Positions 52,985 to 64,000 of a stretch of DNA of 64,000 nt are shown here, piece by piece; positions within the stretch are counted from its first letter, which is position 1; each line of letters opens with the position of its first letter. The position numbers and the translations under genes were made by a program. Location of the stretch: NCBI RefSeq assembly GCF_036321535.1, contig NC_087438.1, forward strand, positions 3,474,001 to 3,538,000. Direction: 5' to 3'. The notes beneath the pieces are model-generated. The model was not told the DNA's origin. It was given only the letters and a program-made list of their open reading frames with translations, and searched no databases. This stretch comes from Camelus dromedarius (lineage: Eukaryota).

Positions 52985-55770
52985 TCCTTGGAACCTGAGG
53001 TGTAAAATTCATGGCTTCCAGTCCTGCCGAGAGCAGGGGTTATCAGAGTGCGGTCCCTGGTGCCTCAGCTAGAAATGTAAGTCCTCAGGCCCCCCACCCC
53101 CCAACCCACTGAGTCAGAGGCTCCAGACGAGCCAGAATCCTGTGTTTTAACTTACGAGAGGGTTCAGATGAGCACTCGAGTCCGAGGGCCGCTGAGCACA
53201 GGAATTCGGAGGCGTGTGTGAGTCTGACTTAAAGGGATGCGAAGTCCTCTGCCAGGTGTGTTGGGAGTGGCCGTGAGGACTGTGCTCCAGGTAGAGAGGC
53301 AGCCTGTGGATGGGCCGAGGGAGTCAGAGGACCAGGGCGGAGGCCAGCAGGAGAGGGACACAGTGGGGCTGGAGGACAAGGCTAGGACGTGTGGAGTTTA
53401 AAGAGAAAAGCAAGACCACAGACCCCTGGGCAGGGGGCCTGGGGGAAGCCTGCTCTGAAATGGATGTCTGTGTACTGGCTACTCATTAGACAGCCGGGTC
53501 TGTGGTTCCAGGAGGCAGCCTGGCGACACAGGGCAGGAGGCTTTGGCGGGTCAGACATCCACCCTGTACGGTCAGCGTGAGGCCCAGGAAAGCACTTCTG
53601 GGGAAACAGGCCAGGGTGAACCAGTGCAAGGCTTGGAGCGTGAGACACGGGGCACCTCCTCCAGTGCCCGTCACTACACGCTCGTACCCGTTCTGTGTGT
53701 GACGTGGTGACAGGGCACACGGCTGTCTCGGTACAGCGCGGAGGACTCTGGGACAGACTGATTTCCAGGACATGCTTCCTTTCGCGGTGAAGCTCAGCGG
53801 GAAGCATCGGTGGCCACAGTGCCTGGTGTGGCTCCCGCCCTCCGCACCTCCCCAGGAGAGCTGTGGCCACCAGGGCTCCATGGCTTTGTCTGCTGCCCGC
53901 ATCCCACGCAAGTCACCGAGCCCCCTGACTTCAATTTCCCTAAGTCTGTGTATTAAAACAGGTGCTGGGGCTGTGATCTTAGCAGAGCTTTGAAATGTTT
54001 GTTTTCATTTATGATTCTTCTGCCTCGTGGGACTGACGTTCCTTTTGACTTTCTTCTTGTGGCTGTTCAGGGGCATTCGCTCTACATGACTTAAATCTTG
54101 TTCTTTTGTAGAAATACTCACATCAAAAGTCTCAACACATTTAAGTAAATGTTCTTATGTTTCTGCAGAAGCATCCCATGGCCTTTATTAAAGGCATTTT
54201 TAACAAGCCCTTCCTGATGAGAGATCATTAAAATTGGGACAGTATAGTTGCAAATTCACATGGGAGAGCACTCAGTAAAAACTGTCTAACTGGGTTGAGA
54301 TGTGATCGTGTCAAGTTGGCAGGGAGCTGAATCATTGGACAAGACCACGAGGGTCCTCTGTCACCTCCAGTGTCCCCCATCAGCGCCCATGGGGCTGGAC
54401 CCCAGCAGGAATGGTCCAGGGCTCAGACGCATGGGCTCCGTGCTTGGGACCCAGGAGGACTCCTCTCCTCCTGCTGCTCAAGAAACCTGATTCTCTAGAG
54501 AAGCTAACTTTCCCCATTCACTCGCCTCATTCCTTTTGACAAAGCAAAGCCAAGCGTCAGACTTGTTTCCATGCACGTTTTAGGGACGTGTCATTTTCCT
54601 TAAGTAAAGAAGGACTTGGCTTCTTATGGAACTGAGGTTAGAGACTGTTACACCTGAAGCCACGTCTGCTGCTCTGGAACCATGTCTCGGGTCCCTTCCT
54701 TTGCGAGGAGGCCTCTGGTCACCTACCTCAGGGGGATCGGGGTGGGACCCGGTCCTTCTGAGACGTGCGGCTTGGGCTGAGGTGAGGAGGGAGACCTGGG
54801 CGGGCCATGCGGACAGTGGACCTCCATCTGTTTTCTGAGAACAGTGATAAAATCATGTTTAATCTTAATATGAATTGTGTTCATTTAAAATCAACACCGG
54901 TTTGATTCTTTTTCTGAGCGCACCATTCAGTGGTATGACGCACGTTCACATTGGTGTGCAGCCGTCACCACCCCCATCTCTAAATCTTCTTCTTCTTCCC
55001 AGACTGAAACTCTGTGCCCACGGAGCACTAACTCCCCATCCTCCCTGCCCCAGGCCTTGGCAAGCAGCTTCCTACTTTCTGCGTCTATGGTTCTGACTAT
55101 TCTAGGTGCCTCTTGTTTGGTAAATTTGATGCCCTGAACGATGGAGCACATTTAGGGACATTCAGAAAGCCTGAACAGCACTGGGAGGCAGAGGGAGGCT
55201 GGGGATCAGAGCAGCTTCCATTTCCACTGACCTTGTGGGGTGCGACGCCTAAGTCATCACGAGTTCCCAGTCTGCTGCGCCCGCAGTGGGGTTTTGCTCT
55301 GTGAAGTCTCTGGTGGTGAAGAGCTTATCACCCTGTTGCCTGTGTTTCTTTCTGTTTTATTCTTGTCCGTTTCCTGCTGTTACCTCTCGAATGGAAACAC
55401 AAGTGAGTGTACTTAGTATTGTGTTTGTTCTGAGAAATGACGGGTGTTCCCAACTCTAGAAACAACAGAAAAGTAATAGACGGCTTCATCAAATCTACGC
55501 TGGCACCGAAAGCAAGACACGTGTTTAAAGATGTTAAAATGTAGGGGGAAGGTACAAGCCACCTTAGAACTGATGAAACTCACGGGTAAAAATCGCCCAG
55601 ACAGCTCAGAAAAGCAGACTGTCAGTGGTCAGCCCCGTGGCTAGAACAGGGGCCTGGAAACACGGCAGGTTTTTCAAAATAGAGATTTCATTAGCCCTCT
55701 GCCTGCCTTTCCCTGGGGGGCGCGTTCCACGTTTGTGAGCCTTTGCTGAGCACCCCACTGTCTCACACAG

Positions 55771-55897
55771 GGCACATGACCACGCGAGGAGGCTGCTACA
55801 GAGACCTGAGATTCCCCGTGAACGCGTCCTTCTGCAGCCCCGACACCCGGCCTGCCGCGGGGGTCACGCCCTGCAAAGTGTCTGCCTGCCCCCCCAG
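55771..55897 (+). CDS. ADAMTS16: ADAMTS16 internal exon (approx. exon 18): remainder of second TSR
   Basis: Acceptor ctcacacag|GG, donor AG|gtgagc, 127 nt, phase 1-2 matching the previous exon. (G)HMTTRGGCYRDLRFPVNASFCSPDTRPAAGVTPCKVSACPP(S/R). Not in the ORF track. Confidence 0.93.
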
Positions 55898-56460
55898 GTG
55901 AGCGCGCCGGGTTCCTCTGAACGCGGGTCAGAGCTTTGCAAGCGTAACGCCGAGTCCTCGGTGCTCCGCAGCCTGGGGCGTGGGAGCGCGAACCCCGGCC
56001 AGGTAATCCGTAACCATGGAGGCCGAGAGACCCAGGGCCGCGGGCCCCGGGGGCCAGGTGGGGGGGCCGGCAGCAAGCCCCCCGGGAACCCCTGTCAGCG
56101 TGGCGGAGGCTCTCGTGCAGGCGGCGCTGTGCTGTGTCCCTGCAGGCGGCACCCGGGGACGCGCTCGCTCTCAGCCTCCCGCCTCTCCGCTGTTTCCTTT
56201 TCTTTCTGAGTGACACGTGTCACAAGAACCCACTCGCGGGGCCGCCCCGGCGGCGGGGGAGCAGTGGACACGGCGCACGAGCCCGGCCGCAGAAGGCAGG
56301 TGTCACCCCGCTCACCTGTCGTCGGTCCTGCCGCCCCTGCATGTTCCTAAATGAAGCGCAGGTTCCCCGAGACGGGGATGGGGAAGGACCCCAAGAGGGG
56401 CCGTGGTCCGGCCCTGCCCTTGGCAGCCCTCAAGCCCGGGCACATCCTAGTCTCCCCGCC
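55780..56460. other. CpG-island-like segment over the last exon in the window and its downstream intron
   Basis: High GC content and dense CpG for about 0.7 kb, judged by eye. Confidence 0.7.
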
Positions 56461-57525
56461 TCTCGCCTGCTTCGTGTCCACAGAGGGGTTGGGGGTCACC
56501 CACCGTGGTTACAGAATGGAAGTCTCACTCCAGCCAGACCCTGCAGACGGCAAGGCACTCATCACCATCCATGTGACCTCACCCGTCTTGATTCCAAAGA
56601 GCCAGGAGCGCTGGCTTTGCTGAGCCGCTCAGAAGCGCCACGCCCACTGCCTTTCCCGGAGACGGTGAAACCCAGGCGTGTGGGAGGCGCTGCCTCCCTT
56701 CGCTCTGAGCTGCGTGCATCCCTGGATAGACATGGAGATCACGGACCAGCATCTGAGGGGCTGGGACCTTGCCCCCCAGCACTAGGAAGGGGGAGGGCCT
56801 CCCTGGAAGATCCGTCGTCCCTCAGAAGCTGGGGACCGGCCACCTTATACGGCCAGTGGCCCTGACTCAGCTGGTTCCTCGCCACACGCCCTGCAGCGTG
56901 ACAGTGAGAGAGACGAGGGTCAAAACTTGCATAAGGAATCCAGTGCTTCAGGCCCCTCACCCATCACCCCCTAGGCCTTGGAGCCTGCCTGGGAATTCTT
57001 CCCGCCTGAAGGAGGCTCCTGGGGTTGATGCAGCCTCTGGCCCAGGTCTCACGTCTGTCAGAGACCCTGCAGATGGTCCAGGAGCCCCCGAGGGGTGTGC
57101 AGGGCTGCACGGACAGGAGCACGGCCACCATGGGCTCCTTCTGTGCCTGAAGCGACACACCAAATGCCCGCCCTCCAGGACGGTTCAGGAAGTGAACCCT
57201 GTGGCTGGCACAGTACCGTTTCTGAGAAAATGAGCCTCCTGTCCGAAGGAAACGAGGGGCCAGACAGGCAGGGCTCCCCCGGGCTGCTGAGTTGTTGCAC
57301 CAACGTGACCTCCTCTGCCCAGTGTTCCAGGTGACACTGTGTGCATCGCTGTGACCTCCGATCGCATCTCCAAGGAGCCTTGCCAAGGAGGATGTCAGTG
57401 CTGCCTACACTGAAGTTCTCTTTGCACTGAGTTCTTGCCAAGGCAGCGCAGTCTAGGGCACCTCCAGGAACGCAGTTAAGCATGCTGAGAAGTAGAAAAA
57501 CCTCACTAACTTAGACTAAGAGGGG

Positions 57526-57545
57526 TGTGTGTGTGTGTGTGTGTG
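57526..57545. repeat. (TG)n microsatellite
   Basis: About 10 TG units. Confidence 0.9.
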
Positions 57546-60500
57546 ACTTTTATGTGCAGGAGAAACTGAACTGAGTGGCCCCGTGTGAGAGTGAATCTGT
57601 CAGCACGTGAAAGCTCAGGCCAACCGGGAGTATTTGGTGCTCGCGTGGCACCCTGCCAGCTGGGCGTGGTGATGCCTTTTACAGTAAGCACGAGGGAACG
57701 CTCGCTCCACCCCCGGACTAAGTCACCCACCCCTGGGCTCCCCACTTTGTGATTTTAAGCATCACACAACTCGCATGTGACGTGATGGCTGGGACATCCC
57801 TGAACAGGCCTCTCTGCATCCACCAGACGTGCAGGGGTCCCCCTGGGATGCAGGAGAGGACTGGGTCAGCCCCACCGCAGGGGGAGAAAGCTGGGCGCTC
57901 CGCCTTCCTCTCCCGGGGCCGCCTCCTGGTGATGGGCCCTCAGGGAGGGCATCCAAGGGGATGCCCCGCTGCCACCTGTGCACTGTCACTCCTGATGACA
58001 GGCCACGGCTACAGTCCCATCCTGTGCAGGTATCAGAACACCACCTGCCACTGAGGTCAGTGAGGGAATCCCAGCAACCCCTACATGGCCGCGGCAAGTT
58101 GCCGTTACCCTGGACCGTTTTGCATGACTTCCATCATCATCTCTGTGTCCATTTAGATATCTTTGTTCCTGGTGCAGAATTTTCATCCTTACGATTCTGG
58201 AAAAATCCCTCTGAGGTCAGATCTTAGTTTTGCCTCCTGACATATCCCAAGGGACAAACGCTGTGTCTGGCTCTCAGTAAACGCTTGTGGAATCGGGGGA
58301 TGAGCCAGGGTGACACAGGCGAGGGGCGTGGCCCCGGGAAAGTGGCTTCACCTTCCGGGCCCCACCTTCCTCAGCTGTAAGATGACAAAGAGAAAACGTG
58401 TGCAGACGCGTGCCCTGAGCATGAGGCTCGTGGCCCCACTCCCCCTGCGCAGGTGCCGCAGGTGAGCCTGGCCAGTCCTATTTGAAATGCTGCCCCGAAA
58501 AATAAGATACTGCTTAACTGACTGTCCCTTAATACACAGTCAGCCTTGCTGGTATGTTTCCACCGTCTCTCATGCAAAGGACCCGCCTGGGGCCTGCCTC
58601 CTTCAAGGGCTGCCCCAGGAGCAGCAGTGTCTGTATTACTCTTTTTGGTATTGAAGCAGAGTTGATCTACAGTGTGGCGCTGGTTTCTGGTGTACAGCAC
58701 AGTGATTTGGTCACACATGTATATGTTCTTTTTCTGCGTTGTAGCTTTAGAAACTGAGGTCCCGTCAGAAGCTCAGTTGCCTGGTCATCCAGGATGGCCA
58801 GGAGGGGCCCCTCCACGTGCATTTTCTCTCTCTGGTCGTTAACAGACCCCCAACACTCACTCTTGCACGCTCCCACACTCGCACCTACGCACATTCTCTC
58901 ACTCACTCGCACACGGATGCCCAGTTGGACACTCCCCATTCTTCCTCCCAGCTCACCGCCCAGCTAGTGGGATGCGAGCAGGAGTGATGCAGGTGCCTTC
59001 CATGCAGGTCCCGCAAAGGCTCTTTCTCCTGTGTCTGTCCCGTCTCCGTGGGCAACAGCAGAGCTGGCGTTAGTGGCAGCTCCAGCCACGTGGCCAGAGC
59101 ACGGGAGTCCCAAGAGGGAGGCAGCAGAATCCCTGACACCTCCTGGGGCAGAGCTGCCCCACCCGCCCCCAAGTGCCTCCAGCACAGCCTTCGGTGAGAA
59201 GGGAACAGCTTCTCCCCCGTGTTTGAGCCGTGCTTCCTTGGTCTCCCTCTCCTGCCTCCAACGTGCCACCCCTGTGAGGCCTTGGTTCCCAACGCCCCCT
59301 GCTGGCCACAGCCTCTTTGTGGTTGCAGCTCATGGTCTCCTGGATCCCCACTCAAGCTGTCCTTTTGTCTCACCAGGGAGGACCGTCTTTCCACCCCCTA
59401 TTGTCCAGCCTGCTGAACCCCCTTGTCCAACTCTAGTTGCCCAGAAAACCCAACCTGGCAACACCTCGCTCATCCCTCTGCTCCACATGGGGCTCAGGAG
59501 CCAACGGCTGCCAGAAATTCACAAGCCACCTGAATGCACAGCCACTGGCATCCATGGACACCAGGACAGTGGGCGGTCCTGACACCCCTCCCTGGACATC
59601 TGGTCCTTCCCAGGACAGTGCCTTTACGTCACCTCCCGCCTCCTCCAGCTCCCTTCTTCTCCATCTCACACTCTCAGCCTGTGACCTCAGACCTCAGAGA
59701 TGGGTGTCAGACAACGGGCACCTCTCCTCCCACCCACGCCACCTGCCACTCTCCCTGCTCTCTCTGCCTTCCCTCCTGCACTCGGGGCCAACACCTGCTT
59801 CCCCCAGAAGCCGCCCTAGTTACTTCCCGATGCCCCTTTCCCTTCGTGCTTAGGGATTCCTTGCAAGAAAGAGTTTTAAATGGGTGTCTGGTTTTCCTTA
59901 AGCTCTACTATAAATATATATATGTTTGTACTTTGCTAATTTTTCCTGTAAGTCCCTGTCTGGCCAGTTGTCTCTCTCACTGGGCCACCTCCACCTCCAT
60001 ACAGTTTGTCTCTTGGTTGTCAGGGGCCCAGAGCCAATGAGGTCTCCGGGTTCTTCTCTGTCCTATACGCTGCACTTACTCAGGTAGGAAGCTGTCAACA
60101 GCTTTGTGTGCTGAGAGCAAAGGTACCACTCAGGCAAAAAGATGAGTCTAGTGGACGTTGGCACTGATGTGGGAACAGCTGGGAGAAAATGCAGTCGCGG
60201 GGCCCCATGTCACCCTACAAAGTCCGGAGGCCCCCATCTTACCCAATTCTTGGATTTATGCATCTAATATTTTTGAATATTTGCATTTCTCTGAAAGAGG
60301 AAACTTTGGGAGACAATAAAAAGCCTGGCGGTAAAGCTAATGCCCTGCGTCCCTGCCGGGAGACTCCTGAGGAGGACGAGGGTGGGGCCTGCCCGTTGGT
60401 TCACAGTTCCCGCCCCTCACCCCCCACGACCCCACCCCCACCCCCCACCCCTCCCCAGCGAGCACAGGGGCCTCCAGGTGGAAGGAGATATCACAGCTCC

Positions 60501-60883
60501 CAACCCACAACTCTTCTGCATCAGACCCCTTTCCTGGCGCGGACTTGGTCCTCCTGGCTTGTGCCAAGGGGCCAGAGCAGCATGGCGCGTGCACCAGCTC
60601 GCACCCTGGTCAAAGCTGTGGATGGGGCTGCCACCTACCTGGGTTCAAATCCCCGCAGTAGCCAGGCCCGCCTGGCAGGTAATCCGCGCAAGGTAGGGTG
60701 AAGATTTGCTGAGGGAATCCAGGGAGAAGCCCTCCGCGCAGTACATGTGCTTTTAATTTCGGCTATAAAAGGAGAAACAGGTCACGTAGTCATTGATTCA
60801 GTCTGTGAAGCAAACTACCAATGACAGACACAAGGATGAACCGATATTATATGCATCCATCCTCATGGGTTGTCCTTTTATTT

Positions 60884-61464
60884 ATTTATGTGTTCATTTA
60901 AGTGAAGTGTAGTCGATTTACAATGTTGTGAGAATTTCTGGTGTACAGCATAGTGATGCACTTATGCATATATATACACATTCCTTTTCATATTCTTTGT
61001 CACTATAGGCATGACAAGGTATTGAGTATACTTCCCTGTGCTCTACAGGAGGACCTTGGTATCTATTTCATATATAGTAGTATGCAACTACAAATCCTGA
61101 ACTCCCAATTTATCCCTCCCCACTCTTTTCCCCACTGGCAACCATAAGTTTGTCTTCTATGTCTGTCTCTGTTTTGTAAATAAGTTCATTAGTGTCATCT
61201 TTTGTATTTTTTTAGATTCCACATATGAGTGACATCATATGATATTTCTCTTTCTCTTTCTGGCTTACTTCCCTTAGTATTGATGATTTCCAGCTCCATC
61301 CATGTTGCTGCAAACAATGTTATTTTCTTCTTTTTTATGGCTGAGTAGTATTCCATTATATAAATACACCATAACTTCTTTATCCAGTCATCTGTGGATG
61401 CACGCTTAGATTGCTTCCATGTCTTGGCTGTTGTAAATAGTGCTGCTGTGAATACTGGAGTGCA
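60884..61464 (-). mobile_element. LINE-1 3' end with probable TSD
   Basis: gaagtgtagtcgatttacaatgttgtg...ttagattccacatatgagtgacatcatatgatatttc...gtaaatagtgctgctgtgaatactggagtgca. Flanked by tgtccttttattt (60871-60883) and tgtctttttattt (61465-61477). Confidence 0.85.
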
Positions 61465-62049
61465 TGTCTTTTTATTTCAACAATTGACTTGGGAAAATAC
61501 GTCTTAATTTAAAAAGCTGAAATGTAATATACATTTCTCTCTTGCCCAGAATACTGACAGATTTTTTTGTTCTTGATTAAGTGGGCAGCAGACCCACATT
61601 TTATTTTTCCAACAAGGAAAGTGCTTGTCTTTCTTACTAACTGTGTCTCTTGCGGGGCGTTGGTCAGAGGCCCTCTCCAGCCCGGTGTCCACGCCTTCTC
61701 TCTGGCCTCACAAGCGGCAGCAGCTGCACTTCGGAGCTGCAACACTCAGCCTCCCTGCTCACCCCCAACCCCAGTTTTTGGCTGAGTCCAGGGCAGGGAG
61801 GATACAGCAGAGTTCACTGTGGTGTTTCATGTTCGACGTGAAGGAAGCTCCCCAAAGGATTGGAGAGCAGAGTCTTTAAAACACCTTAATCCACGGGCCT
61901 TCTTGTTTTTGACTTCTATGAACGACAAAACTGCTCTGCTGGTTGGAAGCCCTCACACCCTCTGTCCTCGTCCATCCGCATCCACGTGAGCGCACGGCCA
62001 CGTCTAAGGCTCACACAGCCTCGGGGATGGGATCCCCAGGCCTTAAATC

Positions 62050-62300
62050 TCCGCGGGGGCGGAGAGCTGGGAGTCCAGGAGCCTCCTCGCTGGAGGAAGA
62101 TGATCTCAAAACATCAGCGAGGCCCCGGTCAGCGGAGCATCACGGCTGAGTAGCGGAGCGTCGGCGCCCCCGGGGCTCCCCGGGGACCGCGCGCAGCCTC
62201 CGCGTCCTGCGCGCCTGGAAGGCGGCTCCCCGGGCCGCGCCCGGATGGCCGCGCGCCGCTCTCCGCCGCGCGGTTGACCCAGGCGCGGGCGTTTTCATCG
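62050..62300. other. Short CpG-dense intronic segment
   Basis: cggagcgtcggcgcccccgggg...gccgcgcgccgctctccgccgcgcgg. Confidence 0.65.
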
Positions 62301-64000
62301 CTGGCTTTTGAATCCTGAGCTATAAAACACACATTTTTATTTCCTCGGTGTTCCTCAGCTAATCTAAACCGAGTGGCTCTTCCTGTCACCTGTCTGGTTT
62401 TCGAAGCACAAACACTAATCGTACTTTCCCCTGGACAGCGAGCTGAAGACAGCACCAGAGGAGACACTTTCCAGATGGTAAATGGATGCCTTTCCTCTCT
62501 CTTCAGCATTCTTCTCGGAATGCAGAGTAAGAGCGCCGGTAAAGCGTACTGTCGTCAGATGCCCTCTCCTCTCTACAGACGGAGGCCCCTCTCTATTCCT
62601 CTCCGCCCGGTACTCTGATGGTCCCACTGTTTCTGCCCACACTTCACTGACTCCCTGCAAACCCATCAGTAGAACTGTTTCTTTTACAAGGGAGATATGG
62701 AGGCGGGCCGCTGCATCCATTTGGTTGCACACTGTAGATGTAAGAGATGAGACACAGCAGGGTAGCTTCACTGCCAGCGCCCTCCTTAGAGCAGCCCTGC
62801 CCTGCGACAGAAAAGGGGCAGTAACTTTTTTGTCTCAGCTCTCTTAGATATAAGCCCAGACAGTATTCACTGCCCAGGAGTGTTTGGGTTACCGAGGGAA
62901 TGAAAAGGACCCTTGTCACTGAGGTGGTCTGTATATGTGACAGGGTTTAACTCCCAGGATGCTTCAGAAGTGAGCATCTCAGTTCATTTAGTTGCCACAG
63001 TCACTGGGGATAAACTAGGTGTAGAACTGGCTGCTGGGGTGTGTGACCTGCCCCAGTCACCCAGGGCCTTGGGCTCAGAAGAGTCCCCCCAGGGTTTAAT
63101 TCTCTGCTGCCACCAACTTGAAATGCCTAATGATCTGTCACCTTGCACTGGATTCCACAAATGACACGGTCAGTCCTGCCCAGCAGCCCCACTTCTGTTT
63201 CAACATTGCTTTCTGGAGTCTTTGGGAATTGTACTAGAATGTTTCTTTTTTTGGTAAATCAGGTATGCATCGCTCTTGTGTTTGGAATGCAATGACTTCA
63301 AATCGTGGATTTCTCTGGCGACAGCACAGTGGCAGGTGTGAAGGTTAAAGGACACTTGGCACAGTTACCTTTCCTTACTTTCTTTTCGCTTAACGGGATG
63401 GGCGCCGTTTTTGCTGAACTCAAGAACAATTGCACGTGAATGGAGCAATGGTGAGCAGCGCTTAACAGGATCTGTTAGGATGTGTCCCCTGGGCTCCGCA
63501 GCCTCCTGTCCTGTTTTGCTGGGAGTGTGCCTGGCTGTATCAGGGCAACTGGCGCTACAGCTCAAGCCCCCAGACGCCACCTCCCCGAGGGGGACCCTAA
63601 TCTTCTTTAGATGCCTTGTCCTCGCCCCATTGCTCCCCTACTGAAAAGGCATCTAACCTTCTCCATTTCATCAGGGAAACCCGAAGTATTACAGCATCTA
63701 TAACTGATACTTTTTGGAGAAACGTTCAGCTTAAGTGTAGAGCTGCCAGCTCAGGTGGGAGTGTCCTGAACTGAGACTGTGTCATCACCTGTGACTACAC
63801 AGGGGTGGCAACATCTCAGTATAAAAGATGGCATCTTAATGTGTCTCCCCCAGGAAGGACACCACGTAACACCAACACAATGACTAAAACGCATCCAGCC
63901 TGGCACAGACGTCTGTTCCAGGATATCCCTGATGAAAATCAAGTTTGCAAATGTGGACAGCTTGGTCCTAAGCAAGACTGAGTTGACTTTTCCTCGGTCA

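Noticed and set aside
56134..56865. 243-aa plus-strand ORF after the last exon
   Set aside because: Lies in a CpG-rich patch, is Pro/Arg/Gly-biased, and has no TSR or other motif.
1..64000. A novel multi-gene system (CRISPR, defence island, operon-like cluster)
   Set aside because: The sequence is intron-rich mammalian DNA explained by one known gene plus repeats. I saw no repeat-spacer array, dense coding cluster, RNA gene or retrogene.
55898..64000. Next ADAMTS16 TSR exon (expected to start with a W..W..C motif)
   Set aside because: No such phase-2 exon was found by eye, so it presumably lies beyond the window.

Overview
Mammalian genomic DNA, not prokaryotic. The window lies entirely inside one plus-strand gene, ADAMTS16 (secreted zinc metalloprotease with thrombospondin repeats). 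I assembled ten consecutive internal coding exons by hand (499-636, 13128-13281, 23230-23325, 27881-28029, 29131-29303, 31216-31346, 33277-33400, 34234-34478, 36276-36414, 55771-55897). They total 1476 nt (492 codons), splice in frame without stops, and probably match exons 9-18 of the human gene (numbering from memory). They run from the end of the catalytic domain through the disintegrin-like, TSR1, cysteine-rich, spacer and TSR2 modules. The rest is intron with L1 fragments of several ages, solo LTRs, DNA-transposon relics, microsatellites and CpG-rich patches. The young L1 3' ends and the lack of recognisable Alu, Bov-tA, PRE-1 or SINEC elements suggest a cetartiodactyl, probably a camelid (inference). 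I found no evidence of a new biological system, and almost all ORFs in the supplied track are spurious. The most notable observations are a GC-AG intron, three separate 5'-inverted (twin-primed) L1 insertions with target-site duplications, an ERV1-type solo LTR 73 bp behind an exon whose read-through gives a short stop, and a splice acceptor with a displaced polypyrimidine tract.
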